A DNA stretch of 64,000 nt, taken from Gemmatimonadales bacterium. GTDB lineage: Bacteria > Gemmatimonadota > Gemmatimonadetes > Gemmatimonadales > GWC2-71-9. Of this stretch, positions 1 through 9,089 are shown one piece after another. The translations under genes and the position numbers were made by a program. How positions within the stretch are numbered: the stretch's first letter is position 1; each line of letters opens with the position of its first letter. Location: the NCBI GenBank assembly GCA_037189525.1, contig JBBCJC010000001.1:768001-832000 (forward strand), read 5' to 3'. The notes under the pieces are model-generated. The model made no database searches, was not told where the DNA came from, and saw nothing but the letters and a program-made list of their open reading frames with translations.

Positions 1-633
1 CCGGCCATCCGGACCAAGCTTGATCCAGTCCGTCGCAAAGCGCTGGGCAATCCGTCCCTCGCCATCGAGCGGAATCACGGTGCGACGGTGCCCCGAGAGG
101 TTGCCGGGCCCGTTCATCGCGGCCCAGGGCCCGCCCTTGAGCGGCGAGCGAATCTGGATCGGAGCCGTCCGGTCGACCACCACCGCCGGACCGTTCACCA
201 CCAGACCGGCCGGGCCGTCGACGGAGTCGGCATGCGTGGTGTGAATCCGGTGGTTCAGCGTTTCCGGAACCGCGCCAACCGGCACCGACACCATCAGATA
301 GAACAGCGCCTGGCGACCCGGACCGATGATCCGCCCATCGCCCCGCTCACCCATCCGGAGCGCAATCGACCGCAGCGCACTCCCATCCCAGGAGGCAAGG
401 GTTCGGTCGCCGCTGGTGACCTCGAGCCGCTGCACCGCGTAACCGCTGAGTCCGATATTGGTCGCGCGGAGCTCGTACACGAGGTGCGCCTGCCCGTCCG
501 ATGTCACCGGAATCGGCCGCTTCGGCACCCGAACGTCGAGCGTTACCATCCCGAGCTGCGCCGAGCTGGGCCCCGCCGCGCCCGCAACGAGCGCCACACC
601 GACCATGATCCGTTTGATCCAGGACCCCGCCAT
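1..633 (-). CDS. M23 family metallopeptidase-like secreted protein, N-terminal part (runs off window edge)
   Basis: Not in ORF track; read manually as MAGSWIKRIMVGVALVAGAAGPSSAQ...HLVYEL...SPLKGGPWAAMNGPGNLSGHRR...IAQRFATDWIKL. GGAGG RBS, signal peptide. The catalytic part lies outside the window. Confidence 0.7.
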   Translation of the reverse strand, partial: MAGSWIKRIMVGVALVAGAAGPSSAQLGMVTLDVRVPKRPIPVTSDGQAHLVYELRATNIGLSGYAVQRLEVTSGDRTLASWDGSALRSIALRMGERGDGRIIGPGRQALFYLMVSVPVGAVPETLNHRIHTTHADSVDGPAGLVVNGPAVVVDRTAPIQIRSPLKGGPWAAMNGPGNLSGHRRTVIPLDGEGRIAQRFATDWIKLGPDGR

Positions 634-1023
634 GCCGCCTCCAGATAAGTCGAGTAGTCGTTCCATCCCATTGGTGGCCGCCACCCTGGCAACCTTACGG
701 GGGAGCATAACCGGTCGGGCGCCGGCGCCAAGGCCGCGTCTGTGCACATCCAGGGAGACCAAGTCGTCCAAGGCGTGACACCGGTACGTCATATCCCCGC
801 GCTGTTTTCGAGGAGCCCGCTCCGGCAGAATGCCGTTCAGCCGGACCGGCCCGGGACCCGCCCACGCAAAAGGCTGCGCGTCGGCAGGGTATTCCGAGCG
901 CCAGACCGCCGCGGACGACCGGCTCGCGCAAGGTTCCGCGCGGTCGTGGCGCGGTGTGCGACAACCCGGCCCTGGCCCTCGGCTTGCAGATTCAGCGGGG
1001 CGACACCGTCACCGAAGTCGGAT

Positions 1024-2874
1024 ATGCGATTCTCCTGGTGGTACTCACTCGGCGTGGTAACTCTCGCGGTCGGCTGTTCCTCTCCACAGCCTCCGGCTCC
1101 GCCGCCGCCCCGACCGCTGCCACCGGACGTCGAACGCCCGACCCCGCCGCCGGCTCCCGCCAAAGCCGATCTGATCCTGACCAACGCCGCGGTCCGAACC
1201 CTGGACCCGGCCGCGCCGCTGGCAACGACCATCGCGATCCGGAACGGGACCATCGCGGCCATCGGCGGAGCCGAGATCGCCGGCGCCTGGCAGGGTACCG
1301 CGACGCGCATCGTCGATCTGGCAGGAGCAGCCGTGGCGCCCGCGCTGGCCGATCACCACGTCCATGTCTTCAATGTGGGCTACTCGCTGCTCAACGAGCA
1401 TGATCCCGACCGGATGTTCCTGGATCTGGCGCCGGCCACGGCCTACCGCGATGTCGGAAACGGCGTCAAGCTGCGCAGCTCGCCCGTGCCGCGCGGTCAA
1501 TGGGTCCTCGGCACCGGGTGGAGTGAGATCCAGTGGGGCGCGCGGACGCTGCCGACCCACGACCTGCTGACGCTGTCCGCTCCGAACCATCCCGTCTATC
1601 TGAGCCGAGTCGACGGGCAGACCGGCTGGGCCAATCGCCGGGCGCTCGAAGCAGCCGGGCTCTGGGCTCCGGGGCCTGATCCGGTCGGCGGCCGCGTGGT
1701 CCGCAATCGGGACGGACGTCCCACCGGCATCCTGCTGGGACGCGCCAACGAGCCGCTGGTCGCCCTGCTGCCGCCGCTGGCCGATAGCGACATCGTGCGC
1801 GCCTACCGGCTTGGCGCCGAAGAGCTCGCCGGCCGGGGCATTGCCCGCGCTTACGACGCCGGCGTGCTCGCCGCGCCCGGCATCGTCGCCCTCAATCTGG
1901 ATTTCGGCCGCTACGCCGGACTGCTGGCGCGCGCCGACCTGGCCGAACCGCTGCCGCTCGAGCTGTCGCTGATGATCCCCGCACCGAGTGCCTTTGCCGA
2001 TTCGGTGCTGGGCTGGGACCCCGGCCGGCATCAGCTCTCGCCCCGGGTCCGGATTACTCATCTCAAGCTCTTCGTCGATGGCGCGTTAGGCAGCCGCAGC
2101 GCCGCCCTGACCCATCCATACGCCGACGACCCGTCGACCACCGGGTTGCTGCGGATGACGACGCCGGAAATCGTAGCCCTGGGCGGCCGGGCGCTCGACC
2201 GGAACCTGGGGGTCGCCACCCATGCCATCGGCGACGGCGCCGTGACGCGCGTGCTCGATGCCTACGAGGAGTTGCTGCGCACCCGTCCCGGCCTCGACAG
2301 CCGACGGCTGCGCATCGAGCACTTCTCCTACGCCTCCGAGAACGACATGCAGCGCGCCGTCCGGCTCGGCATCGTGCTGTCGGTCCACTCGAACTTCAAT
2401 GCCCATCCGGGCGACAACAGCGGGTTCGAACTGGCCCGGGTCGGCGCGGCCAATGCCGACCGGGTCTACGCCTGGGACCGCCTGGCCCGGATGGGAGCGC
2501 GACTGGCGGAAGGGTCGGACTACTTTACCCGCCCGACGACCGACGCACTCCATCAGGTCGCGGCAACCATGACGCGCACCCACACCGTCGGCGCCGCCTA
2601 CCCCGACTCGGCCGCGCGCGTGGTGGCCTGGAAGATGAACGCGACCTGGTACCCGGCGGCCGGTCCGGCCATCGAGCCCACCTTGCGCGCCGGCAGTGTT
2701 GCGGACCTGGTCGTGCTGCAGCGCGATCCGTTTACGGTGCCGCGCGATCGCTTCGAGACGACCCGGGTGGTCGCCACGCTGCGCGCCGGCGCCTTCACCT
2801 GGCAGTCCTTCGGCTTCCGCTCCCGCCACGGAGAGGACGCCCGAAGCAAAGAGCGTCACACCCAAGCGTTCTAA
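1024..2874 (+). CDS. Amidohydrolase 3 family (YtcJ-like) lipoprotein
   Basis: Lipobox LAVGC, Pro-rich linker, DHHVH, KLFVDG, HAIGD, RIEH and GSD motifs. Confidence 0.85.
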   Translation: MRFSWWYSLGVVTLAVGCSSPQPPAPPPPRPLPPDVERPTPPPAPAKADLILTNAAVRTLDPAAPLATTIAIRNGTIAAIGGAEIAGAWQGTATRIVDLAGAAVAPALADHHVHVFNVGYSLLNEHDPDRMFLDLAPATAYRDVGNGVKLRSSPVPRGQWVLGTGWSEIQWGARTLPTHDLLTLSAPNHPVYLSRVDGQTGWANRRALEAAGLWAPGPDPVGGRVVRNRDGRPTGILLGRANEPLVALLPPLADSDIVRAYRLGAEELAGRGIARAYDAGVLAAPGIVALNLDFGRYAGLLARADLAEPLPLELSLMIPAPSAFADSVLGWDPGRHQLSPRVRITHLKLFVDGALGSRSAALTHPYADDPSTTGLLRMTTPEIVALGGRALDRNLGVATHAIGDGAVTRVLDAYEELLRTRPGLDSRRLRIEHFSYASENDMQRAVRLGIVLSVHSNFNAHPGDNSGFELARVGAANADRVYAWDRLARMGARLAEGSDYFTRPTTDALHQVAATMTRTHTVGAAYPDSAARVVAWKMNATWYPAAGPAIEPTLRAGSVADLVVLQRDPFTVPRDRFETTRVVATLRAGAFTWQSFGFRSRHGEDARSKERHTQAF

Positions 2875-2889
2875 CCGCTCTGAACGCAA

Positions 2890-2922
2890 CACGGCCCCAT
2901 GCTCACCGAGCATGGGGCCGTG
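2890..2922. terminator. Hairpin between convergent genes
   Basis: CACGGCCCCATGCTC-ACC-GAGCATGGGGCCGTG, perfect 15-bp stem. Confidence 0.65.
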
Positions 2923-2953
2923 CGCATTTTGGGGCGCCCCGCGGGGCGAACGC

Positions 2954-4729
2954 CTAACGACTCGCCAGCGCCCGCACCGATGCCGCCAACGCCTTGACCC
3001 GAACCGGGTCGACCGCGCCGTCCACATCCCGCTCGACCTGCTCCGCCAGCCGAGTCAGCCGCTGCTGCTGGTCGGACCCGCGGGCCTGCTCGGCGCTGCG
3101 AAGCTCCCGGGTGATCCGGTTGAGACGATCGCGCACCAGGCCGCGATTGCGCGCCAGCTGATCCAGGTATGCACGCGTCACCGAGAAATCGGCCGGCCAG
3201 GTCAGCTTGGGCTGCAGCTGCGGGTTGAACTCGTCGAACCGCACCAGCCGGGCCGCCGCAATCTCATTGGCCGTCAGGAACTCGCTCGGCCGCAACTCCA
3301 GCACGTCGAGCCCTCGGGCAATCTCCGAACCATAGATGTACCCGTTGTACCAGTACGCCGACCAGTACCCGCCGAGCGTGATCCGTTCGGCGTCGACCGG
3401 GCCGCGATCGAAGAAGGCGATCTCGAACGGCTTGGCCGGATCGGTAAAGTCGATCACGGAAATACCGCCCTGATACCAGGCCTGCACGAAGATGTCCCGC
3501 CCCGGTACCGGAATCAGCGACCCGTTGTGGGCCACGCAGTTCTCTACTTCGGTCTGCGCAGCCGGCAGCTTGAAGAAACTGGCCGGCGTGAGCTGGCGAT
3601 TCTCGAGGCGGTAGATCGCGTTGGCGCCCCACTCCGGACGGTCCGTCGCGCGGCAGCGCGGCGCCGTACCGCCGCCCCATTCGTCGGTAAAGAGAATCGA
3701 CGTCGCGTCGTTGTTGAATGTGGCCGAATGCCAGTACGCAAAATTCGGATCGCTGACCTCGGCGATCCGGCGCGGATTGGCGGGGTCGCTGATATCGAGG
3801 AGCAGCCCGTTACCTGAGCAGGCGCCCGCCGCGAGCCCGTACTCCGGATACACCGTGATGTCGTGGCACTGATCGGTGACTGCCGTCTGCTGCGTACTGT
3901 CGCCGTGGTTCCCGCCGCGCCAGAGACCCGCGATGTTGCCGGACGCATCGGTAAAGAGCCGCGGCGCGCTGACGACCCGAGCGTTCTGCGGCGTGGCGAG
4001 CGGTACCTGAATGATCTCGATCCGGAAGAGCGAGGTGTTGGGATCCTCTTCCGGCGCCCGTCCCGAGCATCCTTCGAGTTCGCTCCCCGAGCGGACCACG
4101 CTGGTCCCGGAGACATACACATAGATGTTGCCGGGATCTTTCGGACTGGTCACCAGCGTATGGGTGTGCGACCCTCGGCAGGTCTGCACCGCCGCGACCT
4201 GCTTGGGCGCGTCGACATTACTGATGTCGAAGATCCGGACGCCCCGGAACCGCTCGGTGCTCACGGTATCGGCCACGCCCTGGGGGCCGCAATCGAGCCG
4301 GCCGCTGGTTTCCTCGACCGAGATAAACAGCAGATTGCCGTAGATCGACGGATCGCCCTGGCCGCCGGGGCAGGAAAACGCCTTCCGAATTGCCGGCGCC
4401 GCCGGATTCGAGATGTCCCAGACCTGGAAACCGTGGTAGCCGCCCTGGAACACATGATTGCCCCGGAACGCCAGATCGGAATTGGCAAAGGAAAAGTTCC
4501 CGGGCGAGGCGGGATCGAAGAACCCGGCCGGGCGTGGCCGATTGGCGACGAGACGCAGATTGCGGATCGCGCTCTCCGCATCCTGCCAGCCTGCCCGCAA
4601 GCCGACGCGCGGGTCTTCCTGGCGCGTCGTGCGAATCGTCTGCGCTTCGAGGAGGGCCGGAAGCGCCGCCAACATGAGGAACATCGTGCCGCGTGCCACA
4701 TAGCGGCGAATCGACTGTCGAGTGGTCAT
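2954..4729 (-). CDS. Secreted LVIVD-repeat beta-propeller protein
   Basis: Signal peptide; repeated FQVWDISNP / RIFDISN / LLLDISDP / SVIDFTDP units; CHD, YWHSA and CVAHNG motifs. Confidence 0.85.
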   Translation of the reverse strand: MTTRQSIRRYVARGTMFLMLAALPALLEAQTIRTTRQEDPRVGLRAGWQDAESAIRNLRLVANRPRPAGFFDPASPGNFSFANSDLAFRGNHVFQGGYHGFQVWDISNPAAPAIRKAFSCPGGQGDPSIYGNLLFISVEETSGRLDCGPQGVADTVSTERFRGVRIFDISNVDAPKQVAAVQTCRGSHTHTLVTSPKDPGNIYVYVSGTSVVRSGSELEGCSGRAPEEDPNTSLFRIEIIQVPLATPQNARVVSAPRLFTDASGNIAGLWRGGNHGDSTQQTAVTDQCHDITVYPEYGLAAGACSGNGLLLDISDPANPRRIAEVSDPNFAYWHSATFNNDATSILFTDEWGGGTAPRCRATDRPEWGANAIYRLENRQLTPASFFKLPAAQTEVENCVAHNGSLIPVPGRDIFVQAWYQGGISVIDFTDPAKPFEIAFFDRGPVDAERITLGGYWSAYWYNGYIYGSEIARGLDVLELRPSEFLTANEIAAARLVRFDEFNPQLQPKLTWPADFSVTRAYLDQLARNRGLVRDRLNRITRELRSAEQARGSDQQQRLTRLAEQVERDVDGAVDPVRVKALAASVRALASR

Positions 4730-4940
4730 GAGAAGTACCCGAGATGGGAAACGATGCCGTCCGTGCCGGCGGCAGGAACCAGATCCGAAAAATAGGCCAG
4801 GCACGGCGCGCCCGGCACCACCTGGGTTCCTGGTCAACGAATGGCCCCGGCAGCGCGTATCGAGAGCACACAGGCACCAATCGGCACCGGACCCCGTCGC
4901 TGACACCTCCGCGGCTCCGGATTCGTAAGGTCTGCTCGAC

Positions 4941-4960
4941 TGAACACAGTTTTGTGTACA
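4941..4960. promoter_or_regulatory. Imperfect palindrome overlapping a TACAAT -10 element; putative operator
   Basis: TGAACACA-GTTT-TGTGTACA between divergent genes. Confidence 0.35.
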
Positions 4961-5007
4961 ATTCCGCCACGTGGACCGGGCGGGCCCAATTCCAGAAGGA
5001 GTCTGCG

Positions 5008-6540
5008 ATGCGTTGGAATACCCGCGTCACCGCGGCCTGGGCAGTCTTGCTGCTCGTGTCGACGGCCGACGCCCAGAAGGCGGCAGCCCCCCGCCTCGAC
5101 AAGAACTTTGACGCCGCCATCGAATCGGTACTTAAGGCCTGGAAGGTTCCGGGCGTCGGGATTGCCGTGGTCAAGGGCAACGAGATCGTGCTGCTCAAGG
5201 GCTACGGATTCAAAGATCTGGAACAGCGGCAGCCCGCTACCGGCAACACCAAATTCGCCATCGGCTCCGTCACCAAGTCGTTCACGGTGACCGCGATGGC
5301 CGCTCAGGCCGGCGAGGGCAAGCTCGACTGGGATGCCCCCGTTCGCCGTTATCTGCCCGAGTTCACCCTGTACGACCCGGTGGCCAGTGAGCGGATGACG
5401 CCGCGCGACCTGGTAACCCACCGGTCCGGTTTGCCGCGCCACGACGCGCTCTGGGGCGTGGTGGGCTTCGGGCGCCAGGAAATGCTCGACCGGCTGCGGT
5501 ATCTCGAGCCGTCGCACGACTTCCGCAGCGTCTGGCAGTATCAGAACCTGATGTACCTGACCGCCGGCATGCTCTCGGCCAAGATCGAGAATCGCGCCTG
5601 GGAAGACGTGGTGCGCGCCAGGGTGTTCCAGCCGGTCGCCATGAACACGGCCGACTTCTCGGTCACCGATATGGCCAAGTCTCCCGACTTCTCCTATGGA
5701 TATGCGCGGCTGCCGAATGATTCGGTGGTGCGGATTCCCTTCAAGAACATCGATGCCATCGGGCCGGCCGGTAACATCAACGCCAGCGCCGCCGACATGG
5801 CGCGCTATCTGATTCTGCACATGAATCAGGGCAAGCTCGACGGCAAGCAGCTGATTCCCGCTGCGCAGATCCGCGGCATGCACATCCCCCAGATGGTGAT
5901 GCCGACCTCGCCGAACCCAGGTGCCGGCGGCGCGGAAGTCGGGTTCCAGCAGTACGGGATGGGCTTCATGGTGGGCACCTACCGGGGCCGCAAGCTGGTC
6001 CAGCACGGCGGCAACATCGACGGCTTCTCGGCGCAGATGTCGTTCCTGCCGGATGATTCCGTCGGCGTGATCGTGCTGACCAACATGAATGGCACCCAGA
6101 CCCGCGACTTCATCCCGTTCATGGTCTACGACCGGATGCTCGGTCTCTCGCAGATCGACTGGAGCGGTCGCTACCTCGACCAGGCCGCACGCGCCCGCGC
6201 CCGGGCCGACTCGGCGCGGGGTCGCCAGGTGGCATCGAAGGTGGCCGGCACCAAGCCGTCACACAGCGTCGCCGACTACGCCGGCACCTACAGCCATCCC
6301 GGCTACGGCGACATCCGGGTCAGCCTCAACGGCGACAAGCTGCAGTTCACCTATGGCATCTATCAAGGCGTCGGACTCAACCACTGGCACTATGACGTGT
6401 TCGAGACCGAGCCCGCCAGCCCGGCAATTCCGCGGCGCATGCGGGTCCAGTTCCACATGGATCCCGACGGGAAGATCGCAAGCCTGACCGTACCGATCGA
6501 GCCGGCCATCAAGCCGGTGAGCTACACCAAGGCGAAGTAA
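5008..6540 (+). CDS. Serine hydrolase, beta-lactamase family, with C-terminal DUF3471-like domain
   Basis: SVTK (SxxK), YQN (YxN), HGG; signal peptide; AAGGAG RBS. Confidence 0.9.
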   Translation: MRWNTRVTAAWAVLLLVSTADAQKAAAPRLDKNFDAAIESVLKAWKVPGVGIAVVKGNEIVLLKGYGFKDLEQRQPATGNTKFAIGSVTKSFTVTAMAAQAGEGKLDWDAPVRRYLPEFTLYDPVASERMTPRDLVTHRSGLPRHDALWGVVGFGRQEMLDRLRYLEPSHDFRSVWQYQNLMYLTAGMLSAKIENRAWEDVVRARVFQPVAMNTADFSVTDMAKSPDFSYGYARLPNDSVVRIPFKNIDAIGPAGNINASAADMARYLILHMNQGKLDGKQLIPAAQIRGMHIPQMVMPTSPNPGAGGAEVGFQQYGMGFMVGTYRGRKLVQHGGNIDGFSAQMSFLPDDSVGVIVLTNMNGTQTRDFIPFMVYDRMLGLSQIDWSGRYLDQAARARARADSARGRQVASKVAGTKPSHSVADYAGTYSHPGYGDIRVSLNGDKLQFTYGIYQGVGLNHWHYDVFETEPASPAIPRRMRVQFHMDPDGKIASLTVPIEPAIKPVSYTKAK

Positions 6541-6676
6541 CCTTTCGATGCGCCGGAGGGGCGCCCTGCCCCTCCGGTCTCGCCCGCTTCGGCAAACCCT
6601 TCGCCGAGGCGGGCAACCCGGCTAAGATGCGTGGGCTGGGCCCGACCCCGTATTCATCCACGACCCGACGTTATCT

Positions 6677-7843
6677 ATGCCTTCACCGATCGACATCCTC
6701 CTCCCCGCCGACCAGGCCGAGGGAACGACCAACACCGTCGGCAAGTGGTTCAAAGCCGCCGGCGATACCGTCCAGGCGGACGAACCGCTGCTCGAGATCA
6801 CCACCGATAAGGTCACGGTCGAGATCGCGGCGCCGGCCGATGGGGTCCTGATCGAAATCCTCAAAGCCGAGGGTGATACCGTCGAGCCGGGTGAGCCGCT
6901 TGGCCGGATCGGAGCGGCCGGGTCGACCGCTCCTGCAGCGAGCGATGCGCCGGCCGCAGCAACCGGCGCGCCCGAGGCGGCGCCCAGAGCGAAGACGCCA
7001 GCCGCGGATGCCGGGCAGAACACCGAGTTGAGTCCGGCCGTCCGTCGGCTCATCAAAGAGTACGGGCTGGATGCAGCCGCGATTACGGGCACCGGGCGTG
7101 GCGGACGGGTTACGGTCGAAGACGTCGAGCGCGCGCGCAATGCGGGCGGGGCCCAGTCCGGCGGACGCCGGATTCCGCACACCCCGATGCGCAAGAGCAT
7201 CGCGCACCACATGGCGCAGAGCATGGCCACGGCGCCGCACGTCACCTCGGTCTTCGAGGCCGACCTCTCGGCCGTCATTGCGCACCGGAATGCCAACAAG
7301 GCGGACTTCGAATCGCGCGGCGCCAAGCTCACGTTCACGGCCTATTTCGTTCGCGCCACGGTTGCTGCGCTCCAGGCGGTTCCCGAGGTCAACAGCCGCT
7401 GGCACGATGACGCGCTCGAACTCTTCGACGACTGCAATGTCGGCGTCGGCACCGCGCTCGAAACCGGCGGGTTGATCGTCCCGGTCATCATGCAGGCGCA
7501 GACTCTCGATCTGGAACAGACGGCCGAGCGGCTGCAGGATCTGACTGCGCGGGCGCGGGGCGGTACGCTGACGCCGAAGGACGTTCAGGGCGGCACCTTC
7601 ACGATTTCGAATCACGGCGTGAGCGGCAGCCTGGTTGCGGCACCAATCGTCATCAACCAGCCCCAGTCGGCCATCTTGGGCATCGGCAAGCTCGAGAACC
7701 GGGTCGTGGCCGATCCGAACGGCGTGCCGGTGGTGCGGCCGCGGATGTACGTCACGCTGACCATCGACCACCGCGTGCTCGACGGGTTCCAGGCCAATGC
7801 GTTCCTCACCAAGTGGGTGGAGACTATAGAAACCTGGTCGTAG
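6677..7843 (+). CDS. 2-oxoacid dehydrogenase E2 (dihydrolipoamide acyltransferase)
   Basis: Lipoyl domain EITTDKVTVEI, E3-binding SPAVRRL...GTGRGGRV, catalytic DHRVLDG. Confidence 0.92.
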   Translation: MPSPIDILLPADQAEGTTNTVGKWFKAAGDTVQADEPLLEITTDKVTVEIAAPADGVLIEILKAEGDTVEPGEPLGRIGAAGSTAPAASDAPAAATGAPEAAPRAKTPAADAGQNTELSPAVRRLIKEYGLDAAAITGTGRGGRVTVEDVERARNAGGAQSGGRRIPHTPMRKSIAHHMAQSMATAPHVTSVFEADLSAVIAHRNANKADFESRGAKLTFTAYFVRATVAALQAVPEVNSRWHDDALELFDDCNVGVGTALETGGLIVPVIMQAQTLDLEQTAERLQDLTARARGGTLTPKDVQGGTFTISNHGVSGSLVAAPIVINQPQSAILGIGKLENRVVADPNGVPVVRPRMYVTLTIDHRVLDGFQANAFLTKWVETIETWS

Positions 7844-7884
7844 CCCCGGACCGCTCACCCGCAACGGTGCAGGTGGAGGTAGCT

Positions 7885-9009
7885 ATGCAGTTACTTGGAT
7901 ACCTCGGACCGTACGTTCTGAAAAGGATCTCGAGAGGCACCGGACTTGTCATCTTCTCCGGTGTCCTCGCCTGTAAGGCAGCCCTTCCCGACGGGGCCGT
8001 CCACCCCAACGCCCGGTTCCTGGATCGCACGATCGAGCCCACGGCGCATATCCGCCTGGCAACCCTGCCCGACGGTCACTGGGAAAATCCGCTTGCCACG
8101 CAAGAGGCGATCGTTTCTCTTGGCCAGCCCGCGGGGCCGGAGGCACTACTCTTCGGAACCATCACGGCGGCGGCGGTCGACGCGAAGGGTTACCTCGTCA
8201 TCCTCGACCGGAAGATGAATGAGGCCAAGGTCTTTTCGGGTGACAGCCTGGTCCAAACGGTTGGTCGCGCGGGAGATGGACCCGGTGAGTTTCGATCGCC
8301 GATCGGCCTCGCCGTCGATCAAAGCGGCACCCTCTTTGTGGCCGACAGGCGCCAGGTGAATCTCTTCCAACCTGGCGATGACGGCTACCGGTTCACTCGC
8401 GCCCTGCCGGTGACAAGTTTTCACCCGCTGTCGCTGTGTGTGCGGGACGGGACAGCCTATCTGAGCGGGATATCCGCACCCGATGGCTTTGCGATTGCTC
8501 GCATCAGCCCGACGAACCAGCAGGCATCGCCGTTCGGTGTCGTGTATTCGAGCCCGAATCTGCTCATCAAGATGCAGATGGTCGCCGGCATCGTCGGTTG
8601 TGATTCTTCAAGGGGGCAGATCATCCATGCCGCCTCTGCGCTTGGCGAGATCCGCGCCTACGACACGACGGGCACCCTCAAGTGGCTGACAGTCATCGAC
8701 GACTATCGCCCGCTCCGCGTGCTCGAAGGCAACGGTTCGACGAACTATGTGGACCCGGACGGGGCATACGATGTGGTGCAATCGGTCGTCGCGTTCGATC
8801 GAGGTATCGCCGTGTATGTCGCTCGACTGAAACCCGACACGCCCGTTCAAAGCGTGGACCGGATCTACTCATTGATACTTGATCCAAATACCGGCGCCCT
8901 GATGAGCGGAGGAGTGGTCGAAGATGTCGCAATCTTTGCCCACTCGACGAATTTCATTACGACCACGGACACGCCCGCCCCGTCGGTGACGCTCTGGAAG
9001 ATCCCGTAG
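7885..9009 (+). CDS. 6-bladed beta-propeller (NHL-like) putative lipoprotein
   Basis: GGAGGT RBS; VLAC lipobox-like; GRAGDGPGEFRSP motif. Confidence 0.7.
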   Translation: MQLLGYLGPYVLKRISRGTGLVIFSGVLACKAALPDGAVHPNARFLDRTIEPTAHIRLATLPDGHWENPLATQEAIVSLGQPAGPEALLFGTITAAAVDAKGYLVILDRKMNEAKVFSGDSLVQTVGRAGDGPGEFRSPIGLAVDQSGTLFVADRRQVNLFQPGDDGYRFTRALPVTSFHPLSLCVRDGTAYLSGISAPDGFAIARISPTNQQASPFGVVYSSPNLLIKMQMVAGIVGCDSSRGQIIHAASALGEIRAYDTTGTLKWLTVIDDYRPLRVLEGNGSTNYVDPDGAYDVVQSVVAFDRGIAVYVARLKPDTPVQSVDRIYSLILDPNTGALMSGGVVEDVAIFAHSTNFITTTDTPAPSVTLWKIP

Positions 9010-9024
9010 CACCTCGGCAGCGGT

Positions 9025-9072
9025 AAAAAAGCGACGATGCCCGCCCCTTCCGACTGGAGAGGGCGGGCATCG
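9025..9072 (-). terminator. Rho-independent terminator
   Basis: CGATGCCCGCCC...GGGCGGGCATCG stem with a 6-U tract on the minus strand. Confidence 0.75.
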
Positions 9073-9089
9073 CCTATCCGTACCTGCCG

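Noticed and set aside
640..1020. Long intergenic region, or 94-aa extension of the amidohydrolase
   Set aside because: No recognisable RNA motif; the lipoprotein signal supports a start at 1024
5008..6540. Antibiotic-resistance beta-lactamase
   Set aside because: The architecture matches widespread DUF3471-containing serine hydrolases, not class A/C/D enzymes
6552..6615. Double hairpin as an ncRNA
   Set aside because: Two GC stems right after a stop codon, no recognisable family; most simply a terminator or stability element
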